From contig OZ249436.1 of assembly GCA_965235115.1 (NCBI GenBank), positions 7,316,001-7,380,000 of the forward strand: a stretch of DNA of 64,000 bases, given 5' to 3'. A program made the position numbers and the translations under genes. Of this stretch, positions 62,934 to 64,000 are shown piece by piece. Source of the DNA: Laetmonice hystrix (taxonomy: Eukaryota). The stretch's first letter is position 1. Each line of letters starts with the position of its first letter. The notes below the pieces were generated by a model. That model was given only the letters and a program-made list of their open reading frames with translations, was not told where the DNA came from and ran no database searches.

Positions 62934-64000
62934 AAACCCAACAGGATACATATCCATTTATAGCAGAATGTCGTCGTTGGTCTACTCCCACCTACAGTTT
63001 GCAGCCGGGGGCACTTGAATTCATTTCACGCTGATCTCTGATGTCCTACTAGGGTCCATACCACCTTGATCGGTTCATTACCTTCACACTGAACTCGTCT
63101 GATATTTCAGCATTGCTAGGCTATTTCGCTATCCACACATGGCTGTAAAAAAATCTCATTACCGTTTCTTTACCAGTGATATACGTTATAGCCATGGCCA
63201 GTGTATATCTCCGGGGGACCAGTGTGGGATCAGTAACTGGATGTCTGACTGAGCCAGACCCAGGATGCATACTTCTGGTTCGATATCAGGATAACAGATG
63301 CCCGTGGCAAAATGTAACTATATCTGCTGGCCTGACAACCCAGACCTACACAACCAGCAGTACAGCGCCCGCCAGTCGGCATCACGACGCGCTTCCTCCA
63401 AGATTTCATTTAAATAGGGTTCAAAAACAATAAATTAATATAATATAAGTAGGCCTGGCACACTGACAGGTGAGTGATGCGCCAGTTGGTCAGCTTGGAC
63501 CAACGCCTCCTACAACTCTTTACAAGTTAAATGCAGGAACTCTGGTTGGCCAGATGCGCGTGGGAACCAGATGCAAGACCTTCTGATTAGGTGCCTGATA
63601 CCATATATCGCCATATCAGACCGTAAAAGTCAGCACCAACTCGCCATGACCCTCACTTTAAGGTCATTCACCAAGCTTCACTGATAATGGAAAGGGCATT
63701 TGGCCCTTCCCTTCAGAGTCGGTTCTGACATGGAATCGAGTGTACACATGGTTAAAAAAACAACCGCCTTGATTCCGACACACAATCAGCGGCCAAGACT
63801 GGCCGAGTTGATAGGAGGAGATACACTGAGGGCCAGTGACCAGCCACCCAGCGTGATTCAACATGGACACTTTACTAGTTGGAAACACGGGTTGTCTTAA
63901 TATAAACACACGCCGCTGTCAGTTGGGGGTTGACGAGTTCGACCTTGAAAAACCTTCTGACCTTGTCAAGCAGTGCAGGGCGTTCCACAAGTCTTTTTGC

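Noticed and set aside
7580-63950. Hammerhead ribozyme/retrozyme cores (ctgatga/ctgacga at about 7586, 16194, 34790, 58257, 60557, 61784)
   Set aside because: By eye none is followed by a stem II plus GAAA and a cleavage triplet. An Infernal scan would be needed to exclude them fully.

Overview
This is animal genomic DNA, probably from a mollusc or other lophotrochozoan (inferred from the MRTF sequence), not a prokaryotic locus. One protein-coding gene explains the window: a myocardin-related transcription factor (MRTF) on the minus strand. Eight exons join in frame through canonical GT-AG sites with matching phases: 44391-44612, 37072-37137, 33447-33502, 27637-27712, 27104-27265, 24508-26878, 2874-3006 and 2414-2537 (3210 nt). 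They encode three RPEL repeats, the basic SRF-binding region, the Q-rich segment, SAP domain, coiled coil, a PPxYxE motif and the SQxMDD-ILI-SG motif. A ninth upstream exon at 56434-56490 is probable. I did not find the start exon or the last exon, and the 3' end probably lies left of the window. The introns (largest 21.5 kb) hold about 15 unrelated minisatellite arrays (about 8.8 kb, about 14% of the window), several MITEs (hAT-, PIF/Harbinger- and Kolobok-like by TIR/TSD) and degenerate coding-like relics I could not assign. Almost all other ORFs in the track are repeat or GC artefacts. No CRISPR array, rRNA, tRNA or intact transposase/RT was recognised by eye. The leads most worth testing are: the hairpin-containing arrays and the elements inserted into them, a double-hairpin composite MITE, an N-terminal H-x3-C-x2-C extension of MRTF, AG|GT recursive-splice-like sites, and possible viral or TE relics. 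None of these is a demonstrated new system.
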